DNA from: Eledone cirrhosa
Lineage: Eukaryota
Direction of reading: 5' to 3'
Length of the DNA stretch: 64,000 bases
Assembly (NCBI GenBank): GCA_964016885.1
Contig: OZ024741.1
Span: 257,548,001-257,612,000 of the forward strand
The position numbers and the translations under genes were made by a program. Below, piece after piece: positions 48,721 through 60,365 of this stretch. The stretch's first letter is position 1; every line of letters begins with the position of its first letter. Under the pieces are notes generated by a model, which saw only the letters and a program-made list of their open reading frames with translations, was not told where the DNA came from and did not search any database.

Positions 48721-49332
48721 GTATCCGTACATTTTACTTCTTTTGCATGTTTATTTATTTTCATCTTCACTCTTCACATATTATACCATTTTATATTACA
48801 TTAGATGTAATTTGTTTATTTATCTATCTATCTATTTATTTATTGATTTATTTATTTATTTATCTAGCTAACAATTTTTTATGTATTTTTTATATAGTTT
48901 TTTCATTTTTTTTCTTCATATATTTCTATATATCTATCTTTATGTCTATTTACATTTATTCACGTATTAACGTTTATTCATCTCTTAGCTCCTCTATCTT
49001 CTTCTCTCCATCATAGTTCTACTTATGTTTATCTATCATTCTCATTTATTTGTCCCTCCACATTCATCTTCTCTCTGTCTTTACTTATGTCTGCCTTTCA
49101 TATTCTATACATCCTTTTTCTCTTCTTTCTCTTTTCTTTTCCCTTTTTCTTCTTTCTTCTTCCTTTCCATTCTCTCTTTACTATATATTCTTCCTTCTTC
49201 TTTCTCCTTGCTTTCCATTCTCTCTTTACTATATATATCTCCCATCTTCTTTTCTGTCTATATCTTAATTATTAATATTATTATTGATGTTGTAATTTGA
49301 ATTTGTAAATTTGACGGTTGCATATATGTTTT

Positions 49333-49446
49333 GACAGTCTCTGAAGATTTGATAGAGATAACATGTATTTTTAAATTGAGTGGCACTAATTTCAATGTTT
49401 AGCAATTTTTAGACAACACTATCACTGAAACAATTGTTAAACTATA
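49333..49446 (+). ncRNA. Hammerhead-like motif with a long stem II loop, probably decayed
   Basis: cagucu-CUGAAGA-uuUGAUAG...CUAUCAcu-GAAA-CAAUUG-UU|aaacu. Palindromic stem III ACAAUUGU; stem I is mismatched. Confidence 0.55.
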
Positions 49447-49496
49447 AATAAATTCCCTTTTTTGTACTGTTGACCATGTTATTCTCCACTTTTTCA

Positions 49497-49570
<74 letters not shown>

Positions 49571-50274
49571 CATGTATATATATATAATTTTTTTTGAATG
49601 ACCCGCCAAAAACCGGCTCTTATTTCCCTTGCTGGAATTAACACGTGACAGCTATAGATACGATACGCTGCAACTAGCGGCAGCATTTAGCCTATCATCC
49701 CGTCCTGGGTAGAACGTAAACCTGTTGAAGAATTGAATCCTCTGTTCGATCATGAATACCACGAGCTTGCCAGTCACGTAAGTCTGATATTTGATTTTGG
49801 ATTCAAAGAAACACTTTAAACGTATAATCATTTGATTTGTCCAGGTGTATTTTTCTCAACCTGTTAGTTCTATCGTTACTTTGGTATATTATTGTGTGTT
49901 AGATTTTGCCTACCACAATGTTCGATTTGTCAAGCTATTTAAACGTATTTTATTACTCTAAGGACCTACCTTATCGAGTGCTTTGCTAACTCATCATTTC
50001 ATATAAGTAGGCCGAATTTGCTTGCAAACCGCCAGAGACTCGATTTTACTAAATTTCAAAATATATTATTCTCCTAGATTTAATAATTAACTAATTAATT
50101 TAATTAGACAATTCTGTTGATTGGTTAATTATTTGTGTTTTTTTTATAACATCTAGTCGAGAGCTTATCATGATGATTAGCGGAAATTAAAATATTTCCT
50201 TTGTCTAACATTTTGAATGACCCGCCAAAAACCGGGGGTACTAAATTTCCAAATATATATATATATATATATAT

Positions 50275-50912
50275 AGGAATGAAAAATCGCGTTCTCTGTT
50301 GTAACAAATGTGATATACAAATTAAAATGAAGAATTAGAAATAAGACTATCCATCCTCAGTGATCTTCTAGCCAGCATAGGTATTTCTTGGCATTAAAGA
50401 CCAGATACCTCAGGCTAGCGCGAACAATAAGTAAAATAAGTTATTGGGATAAAAAGAATTGGGTGTAGAAAGAGAGACAGGTAAACAAACATGAATGGTG
50501 AGGCAACGTAAAGAGAGGAAAAAATGAGAAAATAAAGTCAATGATTCGTTTAAGCATAAGTACTTGCGAATATTGAAGTGAAGACGAGAGACACATCCCA
50601 ACCATGTGAAAGTAAGCGAGGAAAGAATTACGCACGGTGTGGGACGATGGAGGACGTGAGAGAGAGGGTGAGTAGCAGAGGGTAAGTGAGTGAAAGTGTG
50701 AGGAAGAGGCTGGTCGAGAGAGGGTGACTAGCAGAGGGATTAATGAAAGTAAGAGGAAGAAGGAAAGAGAAAGGGGAGATAGAAAGATGATAGCAGTAAG
50801 GGAAGAGAAAAAGACAGGTCACAGCGAAGGGGAAAGCATATAGGAATGAAAAATGGCGTGCTCTGTTGTTGCATATGTGATATACAAATTTAAATGAAGA
50901 ATTAGAAATAGG
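50275..50912. repeat. Non-coding unit with terminal direct repeats of about 70 bp
   Basis: ataggaatgaaaaat.gcgt.ctctgttgt...gaagaattagaaata at about 50275-50343 and 50839-50910, with a purine-rich interior and (TA)n on both sides. Confidence 0.7.
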
Positions 50913-50913
50913 A

Positions 50914-50981
<68 letters not shown>

Positions 50982-50985
<4 letters not shown>

Positions 50986-51178
50986 CGAAGTCAATGTGGT
51001 AAGGCTAATTCTGGACGGCTAATTCTGGACTAAATTAGTCCAGAATTAGCCGTCGAAACGGCTTGAGCTCAGCCGTCGGGGTCCTCCTCGTTCCTATTAC
51101 ACACTCTACTAACCTAAGCTAAGTATTGAGTACTTTGGTGCGTTATGGTCCACCTGGTTCCTTACCACATTTCCTTCG

Positions 51179-51183
<5 letters not shown>
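50982..51183. mobile_element. Mini-element in (TA)n with inverted ends of about 22 bp and a partial hammerhead
   Basis: ataacgaagtcaatgtggtaagg and ccttaccacatttccttcgttat form the ends. Inside is a 20-bp hairpin followed by GAAACGGCT...AGCCGTC. Confidence 0.6.
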
Positions 51184-51266
<83 letters not shown>

Positions 51267-51314
51267 TATATATTATAATATATATATATATTATAATATA
51301 TATTATATATATAT

Positions 51315-51560
51315 GACCGGCTGATGTGTTGCTTCCTTGAGCAAGACACATTATTTCACATTGCTCCAGTTTACTCAGCTGTAGAAATGATATGATAGGG
51401 ACCTGCGGTCCCTATCATTCCACTGCAAAGTGGTCGTGGAGGTGTCACGGCGAAAAAGCACCCAGCTCATACTGTAAAGTGGACGTGTAGGCGTCATGGA
51501 AAAAAGCACCCAGCACTCACTGTAAATGTGGTTGGTGTTAGGAAGTTGGTGTTGATATAT
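51315..51560 (+). mobile_element. SINE family 2 fragment
   Basis: ccttgagcaagacacattatttcacattgctccagtttactcagctgtagaaatga matches the reverse complement of 5550-5610. Confidence 0.65.
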
Positions 51561-52329
51561 ACACATCGACTGACACCGCCGGTCCATGTTATTCTTCACT
51601 CATTTACTATATATAAATATATATATGTATATATATACGCATATATACAAACATATTTGCTGGTGACACCGCAGTAAAATAGACACCGCAATAAAATAAT
51701 AAATGAATAAAAGTCTAGATAATATATTTAGATATAGATGAGTGTGAAGCTAATTATCATTAAACTATTATATCCAAGAATATCAAGGAAATATAACGTA
51801 ATTAATAGATACAGCGAAGAAAATATATCCTATACAACATATAATTGTTCCTACATTTGGCACAAGGCCAGCAATTATCCCAGTGCATTACTTTATTTTA
51901 TTGACCCTGTAAGTATAAAAGGCAAAGTTAACCTTGGCGGAGTTTGAACACAGAACGTAAAGGACTTTAACTCTATGTTGCAAAGCATGGTGTCTGACAC
52001 TCTACCGATTCTGCCAATATAATGTAGAGTTAACAGGAATGTAATGTTAATATAACTATATGTTCTGAATGATAAACCTCATTTTATTAAGAATAGAGTT
52101 CTATGTAATATAGAATAGATATTTCCTAACGAGAGACCAAAAGAAAATCTCATATTTTTCAATGTAAATATTGAATAGTATTAGAAAGTATGTTGATGTT
52201 TAGTTGTTGTCAGAGCAATGCTGCTAATAGAGAAATATATAGTTACATCTATAGAAAATTAATACGAAATCTTATAGATATTTTGTTCAACATAAATATA
52301 TATTTCATACATTCTAGAGATATAAATAC

Positions 52330-52464
52330 CTTGTTGACAGTCGTTCCCGTGATATCCTGCAGGACATCCATGTGGACATTTTCCATCTTTTGTATCACAG
52401 TTTTCGTTCCTGGCACAATTACAATGTTTTGTGCAATGTTTGCCAAATCTTCCTTGACCGCATT
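52330..52464 (-). CDS. EGF-like exon of the same gene (most 5' exon seen)
   Basis: 135 nt, AG/GT. Encodes ECGQGRFGKHCTKHCNCARNENCDTKDGKCPHGCPAGYHGNDCQQ. Confidence 0.85.
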
Positions 52465-52616
52465 CTGAAAATATAATTATAGAAAAAAAATAATTCATAC
52501 ATCATTAATTATATACATTTATTGTTATCACTGAAAGACAAAGATGACGATTTAAAAGTATATATATATATACAATGATATTAAATAAATAGAAACTATA
52601 TTTATAAAACCATATT

Positions 52617-52677
52617 TATTCTATTATATATATTTCAAGGGTACCAACATTTTGGTACGCTATCATCAGATAAAATA
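52617..52677 (-). ncRNA. Type I hammerhead ribozyme in the PLE terminal repeat
   Basis: UAUUUUAU-CUGAUGA-uagcGUACCAA..UUGGUACccuu-GAAA-UAUAUA-UA|AUAGAAUA, with an 8-bp stem I. The base of stem II is imperfect. Confidence 0.7.
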
Positions 52678-54171
52678 CGAAGTGTGTTTTATAAATTTTG
52701 ACATAACCAAGGGTAATATACCTTAACGGTTCAAGTTTTCCTTGGATAGTGAAGGGATAAGAACAGAAAAGTCAGATATTTCAAATTATTACGATGATTA
52801 TGCAAATGATGTTTAGGTAAAAGGGCTGAAAAAAAAACGTTATTTTAGACGCTATGGAAAATTTAAATAATTATGATAAGTTATTGTATGCGTAGGAAAG
52901 AATAGAATGGAAGAAGAGCTAGCATTAACGTTAATTTGGGGGAAAAAGTGGAATATGATTCCAGAGTTTAAATTTAAATTTATTTACCTATATTATGAGT
53001 TATAATTTTGTATATATAATCAATTAGATTATATGAAGAATTATGGTTGTAAGTATTTTTATCTTATTACAATACGATAGGTTATATGTATAAAAATATC
53101 TATATAGATTAATAATTGCGTATATAGATATTTTTATAGATATTTTAGTATTATAGGGATAGAGATAATTTACAATTATTAGTTGTTTATATATCAAATT
53201 TGAGTTACGAAGGACGTTGATTTTGTATTTTACTTAAAAATAGGTAGTTCAAGTTGTGAGAGTAGAACAATTTGTCGATTCAAAAATGTTGTTCAACATT
53301 GAAAATGTTTTCAGAATATTGTTAATTTAGCGAAGTTATATAGATTATCAAACGTAATATGAGTGTCATTTAAAGATTATCAATCTACATCTAAAAAATA
53401 TATTTAGAGGGATGTCCTTAGAAAAATAATGTCAGAATTAAAAATAATGTCAGAATTAAAATAATTTCAGAATTAAAATATTAAATATATATATTAAAAA
53501 TATTATAAATATTAGAGATATTAAAAAATTTAGAAATATTAAAAATATTTTAAAAATATTAACAATATTAAAAATTTACATTTAAATTTTTAAAAAGGTA
53601 GGATCATTTTGAAGGTGTATAGGAATATTATAAATTAAAAATAGTTCTGAACGTGGAATTTTGGCGATGTCTGCAAGAAGAAAATAATTCTGTTCTGAGA
53701 TTAATAGAGTTTTGACAGTTAATTATATAAACAATTTCTTCGATACACAATTTACAGAATCTTGATAAGGCCACATTTCGGTATGCAGGTGCTTTCGAAA
53801 TCGTTCTCCAAGATATTGAATAGTCTATATTGTTGTCTTTTAAATTCCAAATTAGATATCAATGTGAAGTAGAAGATTTTTTATCAGATCTCTTAAATGT
53901 ATGATTATGGTTATTCCAGCGTTTTTTAAATTTTGTTGAAGTGGCACCAACATAGTTAAACCTTTTGTCTCTAGTGTATTCACTGTGCATTTAAAAACTA
54001 CGTTTTCGTCTAAACAATTATTTTGTAAAGGGCAGTTTGATTTGATTCTACAGTTACATTTACTGGAGTTATTGTTGTGCAGAACGGTACTATTATTCTG
54101 AATATTTTTGTTAGAAATATTATTATTGCTATTTTGGTTAGTTTGGTTAGGGTTTAAATGTAAGTTTCTAT

Positions 54172-54362
54172 TAGTGGATTGGCAGTATTGGTAGAGGGTC
54201 GGACGCCACGCTTTGACGTATAGAGTTACGGGCCTTGCAATTCTGAGTTCAAATCCCGCCAAGGTTAACTTTGCTTTTAATCCTTACGGGATCGATAAAA
54301 TAAAGTACCAGTAATGCACTGGGTAATTGCTGGCCTTGTGCCTAAAGTAGAAACAATTATTA
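54172..54362 (+). mobile_element. SINE family 1 inserted in the PLE ORF
   Basis: A and B boxes and tail present; probable TSD TTCTATT. Confidence 0.85.
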
Positions 54363-55201
54363 ATTCTATTTATATTTTGTGCTATGTTCATTGTAGTAGA
54401 GTAGGATAGTTTTATAGTGTGTCTGTTAAAAATAGAGTGGTATCTGTGGGCTTTAGGAAAACATTTATCTAGTGCTTTAAAGAATAGCTTTGCTAAATGT
54501 GTTTTAACGCTTAATGAGAATGGGAGAGGGTACTAAATAATATTTCTAGTTCTAGTTTTTTTATTTAGTTTTTTTTAAAGTTAATACTAGGATGATATGT
54601 CATGTTATTGTTATCTATGTATTTAATTCTCTTTGAGTATCCTGCTCTAAGTAAAGCTTCATTATAATATTCAGCCTTATCAGCAAAAATATTTTTATTA
54701 GCGGAGATGCCTGAAATCCGTTGTTGGACGCTATTGACAATAGTGTTTTTAAGAATTCTAGGATGATTAGAATTGAAACTTACATAATTTAGATTTTCGT
54801 TAATTTTATGGAATGGATAGTAAAGACCTGTGCTAAGGTTTAAGGTTATATCTAAGAAGTTAACGATTTTGTAGTTATTCTCTATTTCTAAATTAAGATT
54901 GTAGTTGTTGAATAATTGTATTATGTATTTTCTGTTTCTATTAATTTCACTATTTTTATGGTTTTCAATTAAAAGCAACATATCATCACGATATAAACCT
55001 CCGGTCATCTCTGGCATTTTTCTATGCAGTACATTATTAATAAATAATCCAACAAGGTCTGTTAGTTGCGCCGAGTCAGATGATCCCATAGTGATATCAA
55101 AATTGTTTTTTCTGTCGGCTCTTGTCCAGATCTTATCCCTTCATTATCCAAAGAAAACTTGAACCATTAAGGTTATGTCAAAATTCATGAAACACACTTC
55201 G

Positions 55202-55262
55202 TATTTTATCTGATGATAGCGTACCAAAATGTTGGTACCCTTAGAATATATATAGTAGAATA
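55202..55262 (+). ncRNA. Inverted hammerhead copy with a mutated GAAA core
   Basis: Same sequence as 52617-52677, but cccttAGAAtata replaces cccttGAAAtata. Confidence 0.5.
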
Positions 55263-55398
55263 AATAGAGTTTCATAAATATAGTTTCCATTTATTTAATA
55301 TCATTGTATATTATACTCCAGAAAACTTGTCGAGTGCTCTGAATCACTTATAAACATTTATATTTGTTGAATTACCAACAAATTGAATATCCCTTCTG

Positions 55399-55485
<87 letters not shown>

Positions 55486-55496
55486 TTTATATATAT

Positions 55497-55604
55497 AATT
55501 GTTTCTACTTTTTGGCACAAGGCCAGCAATTACCCAGTGCATTACTGGTACTTTATTTTATCGACACCATAAGGATGAAAGGCAAAGTTAACCTCGGCGG
55601 GATT
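55497..55604 (-). mobile_element. SINE family 1, 3' part
   Basis: Same body and tail as the other copies. Confidence 0.8.
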
Positions 55605-56710
55605 CGATAATTGTATGTAGATTATATATATAGGTATAAATATTATTATTACTATTATTATATATATATAATAATAGTAATAATAATATTTATACTTATA
55701 TATATAATCTATATACAATTATAAATAAGATAAGGGTAATATTTTGTATTACCCAGTTACCAGCAAGAAAATTAGCTCAATGGAAAATATCTATAAGATA
55801 TACTACAGAGCAGAAATACAACATAGATAACAATTAAATTTTTGTTTAATGCAGTAAAGTATTATACAAAGTTTATAAAGTTTATGTACAAAATGTTAAT
55901 ATCTACAGCTTTATAGCTTACCAAAACTGTATACTTGCCAAAACTCTATACTTATTGCTTACACATGCCACAACTACAGATATTAACATTTTCTACATAA
56001 ACTTTATAAACTTTTTATAATACTTTTTGCATAAATATCTTTGCCGATAACTAATTCATCCTTTATTACTTATAATATATAACACCTATATGTATGCTAT
56101 CACTACATAATTATCTTACCTTATTGCATGTTCTATGCTATTACTTATATTCTTGGTATGATACTCTTGATATATTAATTTTTAGGTAATATTCCTTGCA
56201 TGTATCATATAGCTTCAAATCAGCTTCTTTTTATAATACTTTGCAATGCTTTGCTGTCTTTTCATTCGCTCTTTTCTTTTGCTCTTATTCTTCAGTATAT
56301 TGTAACTGATACTAATAATATAATTAGTCTTCTCAAATATCTTGTATCTTAATAAATGTTCTAAGGATTAGGAATGTATTTATTTGTTTTAACATTGTAT
56401 ATGTTCCGATGATTCCAGACATTTGTCTGGAAGAAATGATCGTTAGTTATTAAATGCATTAAACAAAAATTTGATTGTTTTCTATGATGTATATACATAC
56501 ATGTGTGTGTGTGTGGGGAGGGGGTTAAGGAAAAGAAATGGAGTCTTTTAAGTTTATTTTTTTTATTTACCGGTTTCACAGTTCTTATGATTTTTAAAAG
56601 TAAAATTGAGATGGAGGGTCTGTTGTGGTTAGTCTCACATCCAGATCCACAACAGAAACAAAAAAAACCTCTATCTCAATTTAACTTTCGAAAATCATAA
56701 GAATTGCGAA

Positions 56711-56814
<104 letters not shown>

Positions 56815-56984
56815 TATATGTAAAGCTCCTGAAGGGGAAAATGATGAGTAATGACCCTTTTGTACGTCAATAATCACCATTTTTCCATTCAGAGGATTTT
56901 TTAAAAATACCAACTAACAGACTAATTCCATTTATAAGCACATGTTACTACCTATTTTTCAAATTTGCTATATATATATATGCA

Positions 56985-57683
56985 TCACTAATTGACAATG
57001 GAATCCAACGTGCCCTAAAACTCAGTACCCAGAACCTTAGACACCCTAAAGTAAATCAACCGAAACTAAAAGCTCTTCCATACATCTCCACGCACAATCC
57101 CCTCAACAATGAGGCCTTTGACACCATCCTTCAGAACATCCCTGTGTTAAAAAAGGACCATAGAATGAACCAAATCCTTCGAACACACGATATCATAAAG
57201 AGCAAAAGACAATCTAAGTCAAAGAAAAACATCCTAACACATGCCAAAATACTGCCAACCACAACAACGAAACCCGCAGCAAAAAAATGCGATAGACCCA
57301 ACTGTGGCATATGCATCAACCTAATAGAGGGTTCGGAATTCTATTTCAAAGAAGGACAACGTTTTATAGTAAAACACAATTTCACATGCGCATCAGAAAA
57401 TCTAATATATGTATTAACTTGCTCAGGTTGTCGAGAACAATACATAGGCCAGACTAAACACAGCCTCCGCCAAAGCATGACTGTCCATAGATCCCAAATT
57501 AAAATACGGGAATACAGGAAAATACCACTGAGTGAACACATTGATACCTGTGCCGCCCCAAATCATTCCAACTTTAGAATCTTTCCCCTCTACAAATTTA
57601 AAGATAATGCCACCCACACCCAGCGCATCAGCAAGGAATATCACTTTATTAACAAATACGGACCCCGTCTAAACACTTCTTAA
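56985..57683 (+). mobile_element. Penelope-like element 3' fragment with an intact-looking GIY-YIG domain
   Basis: LPYISTHNP...CDRPNCGIC...FTCASENLIYVLTCSGCREQYIGQTKHSLRQSMTVH...EH...KEYHFINKYGPRLN. Confidence 0.88.
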
Positions 57684-58132
57684 GACGAACGCACAACATA
57701 CACACATCAACATACATACCTACATCTGCATACATCCTACATACATTTTTATCCACATATAAACACAATGACATACGTAAACACACATGTTCTATGGTGC
57801 AACACAAATATACACAAATTTGCATACATTTTGAGGTGTATAGATATAAACGTGCCGACACACACACATACACATACGCACACATGCATTGCACACTGAT
57901 GGGCACATACATATTTGTACACAAGTATTCCCATACGGCAGGGCCTAATGGATTCCCCTTGCAGTACGCACAATCTGGACACTCACACACACCTTGGTGT
58001 TATGACAATACTATACATCATTTCACCCTTTTATTAATGTTTTTGATGTTCTTTTGAGAGAATCGTTTTTGCAAATTACTGAAAATGTCGAATAATGTAC
58101 ACTATTTTTACCAGTATCACAAAAATACTGGT

Positions 58133-58231
<99 letters not shown>

Positions 58232-58993
58232 AACACATACACACGCGTACACTAACATACAAACAGACATACACACACACTTCTCCGTATAAGATAAGAG
58301 CTGAAAAATATCTTTCAACATGTTAAAATATCCCCCACACACGTACACATACATTCCTACTGACCGATTTCATTCCCTCTACCACGAAAACTCTGCTACA
58401 CACACATACATACACACACACACACATATTTGTCTTAATAGACACCTGAACTGTTGACCTTTCAACATGACTGCAACTCACACACACATCCCTACTGACC
58501 ATTATCACAACAATGAATCTCTTTACCACACACACATATTAGTCTTAATAGACATTTTTCAGTGACTTCTCAATCAGGCGAAAAAGAACACTCTTCGACA
58601 AACCTACATTTGGCCCAAAATCAATTTTTAACATTCACGTGACCTCTACTGACCAATCAAAATTGTTTTGACTACAAGAATTTTTGCAACACGAATTGGT
58701 GCGAAATTTATAGTACTTATTCACGTGACATTCAACAACGAACCAAATCTTAATACCTCTGGAGCTACTTTTTTCACATAAAACAGGAAGAATTTCCAAA
58801 ACTAATCAGATTAGGGCAAACATCACGGGCGCTCTATCTCAAAATTATTTTTGAAAAGCATTAGAAATGCGCAACCGGTAAAAACTTAAAACTAAAACTG
58901 AATACTAACCAATACTTATTACTAATTTATACTTATTCCTAATTAAACTATTTTTCACTGGGAAAAATTTGTCAGCCTTTTCTTTTCCTTTTA

Positions 58994-59055
<62 letters not shown>

Positions 59056-59089
59056 TATAAAGGTTTACATATACATAAAGTTATAGATA

Positions 59090-59610
59090 TATGTTGCAAC
59101 CGGTCACTTTTTGGCTGTATGAAGAATTAATAAATTAAATAATCAGAGCAATATATCATAAATCATGTCCTTAGAATTATTAGATAAAATATATACCATT
59201 TCCTCTCCCAATTAGCATAATTAACCATATAAAAAATCAATTAGACCAAGCTATAAGAATAAAGGCTCTTATGAAGAAATCTCCGACAAATAACCGAAAG
59301 TGGCCTCTTCGCGGTGGCCCCAATAGAGTATTTATCCAACATTTCGACAGCATGTAGAAACTGACTAAATATACCATCAACCATACACAATTAGGTGTAA
59401 ATTCAAACTTAGAAGAAATGTGTACATACCGTAATTATATCTCTACCATGGTTTCATCCGTATTTTTAGACATCCAATTAATAGGAAATGTCCAGAGTTA
59501 GGATTCATCAGGAGATAAACTCAAAATTAGACATTTAGTTTTCCAACGTGATCGCGCCAATATTATATTCAAAAATGGCTAAGAATCTCAATGTGGCAGT
59601 GGTCAAGATA
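59090..59610 (-). mobile_element. PLE-type pseudo-LTR, same family as 9354-10400 but circularly permuted
   Basis: 59090-59205 matches 9925-10040, and 59178-59608 matches 9354-9775. Confidence 0.75.
59438..59517 (-). ncRNA. Type I hammerhead ribozyme
   Basis: UAUCUC-CUGAUGA-AUCC...GGAU-GAAA-CCAUGG-UA|GAGAUA: 6-bp stem I, intact core and palindromic stem III. Confidence 0.85.
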
Positions 59611-60169
59611 GAATGTACATGGGGGGGGTTCTTCCATGTATATGAAGAAATATAAGGCAATAAATGAAGAAAACATAAAATAAATAATAAATAGAGAATA
59701 AAGAATAAATGAAAAATTGGTGAAAAAGTAATGAAAATGAATATGGAGAAGTGAAAAATTAAATGAAGATTCAAATAAAGCAGCATAAAGTGTGTCTGTG
59801 CTATAACCAATCTCAAGGTCAGGAATATGTTGGATAGATTGGTATGAGGAACAAGATGTTAAAATAATAAAAGAATAACACAATCAAACAAAATGTGTTT
59901 GTCTTATAATCAATCTCAACTTAAAAATAAATATAAGGTGATACAGTGAAGAGAACAGAAAACAAATAACAAATTAATAAAGAGAAATCAAGATTTAAAA
60001 TTGAAAATTGAAAATCAGAAATCAAGTAAATTAAAATGTGTTTGTGTTATATAGATGTTGGCCAAATTATAATGGCTGTGTCCGATTCAATCTCTAGGCT
60101 ATCATGGTGTCTGCTCAGCCAGGGTTGTTCCCTATGGCTTGAGGGGAGTTCTCAACCTATGGTGACCTA

Positions 60170-60365
60170 GTATACGGCTGTAGGGTTAAAACCCCCAACT
60201 CTGAACATCTCTACATAGGAGCCACATCAACGAGCTTTAAAGACCGCTGGTACAACCATCGCTATTCATTCAATAAGGAGGCCAAAAGGAAAAGCACGGC
60301 TCTCTCCGACCTGATCTGGAAGCTTAAGCTGGACAGGACCCCGTACTCTCTGGCCTGGTACATAA
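60170..60365 (+). mobile_element. Penelope-like GIY-YIG fragment
   Basis: YIGATSTSFKDRWYNHRYSFNKEAKRKSTALSDLIWKLK...YSLAWYII. Confidence 0.75.

Larger units (their letters stand above)
52570..55310 (-). mobile_element. 5'-truncated Penelope-like element bracketed by inverted pseudo-LTR copies
   Basis: RT 3' half (MGSSDSAQLTDLVGLFI, GLYRDD, VNFLDITLNL, SNHP) and GIY-YIG (CNCRIKSNCPLQNNCL..., VGAT). 52570-52752 is inverted relative to 55138-55310. Confidence 0.88.

Noticed and set aside
50365-50418. Minus-strand gctagc-CTGAGGT...GAAA-TACCTAT-gctggc hammerhead-like motif
   Set aside because: Core A9 is changed and the cleavage-site nucleotide is missing, so it is at best a relic.
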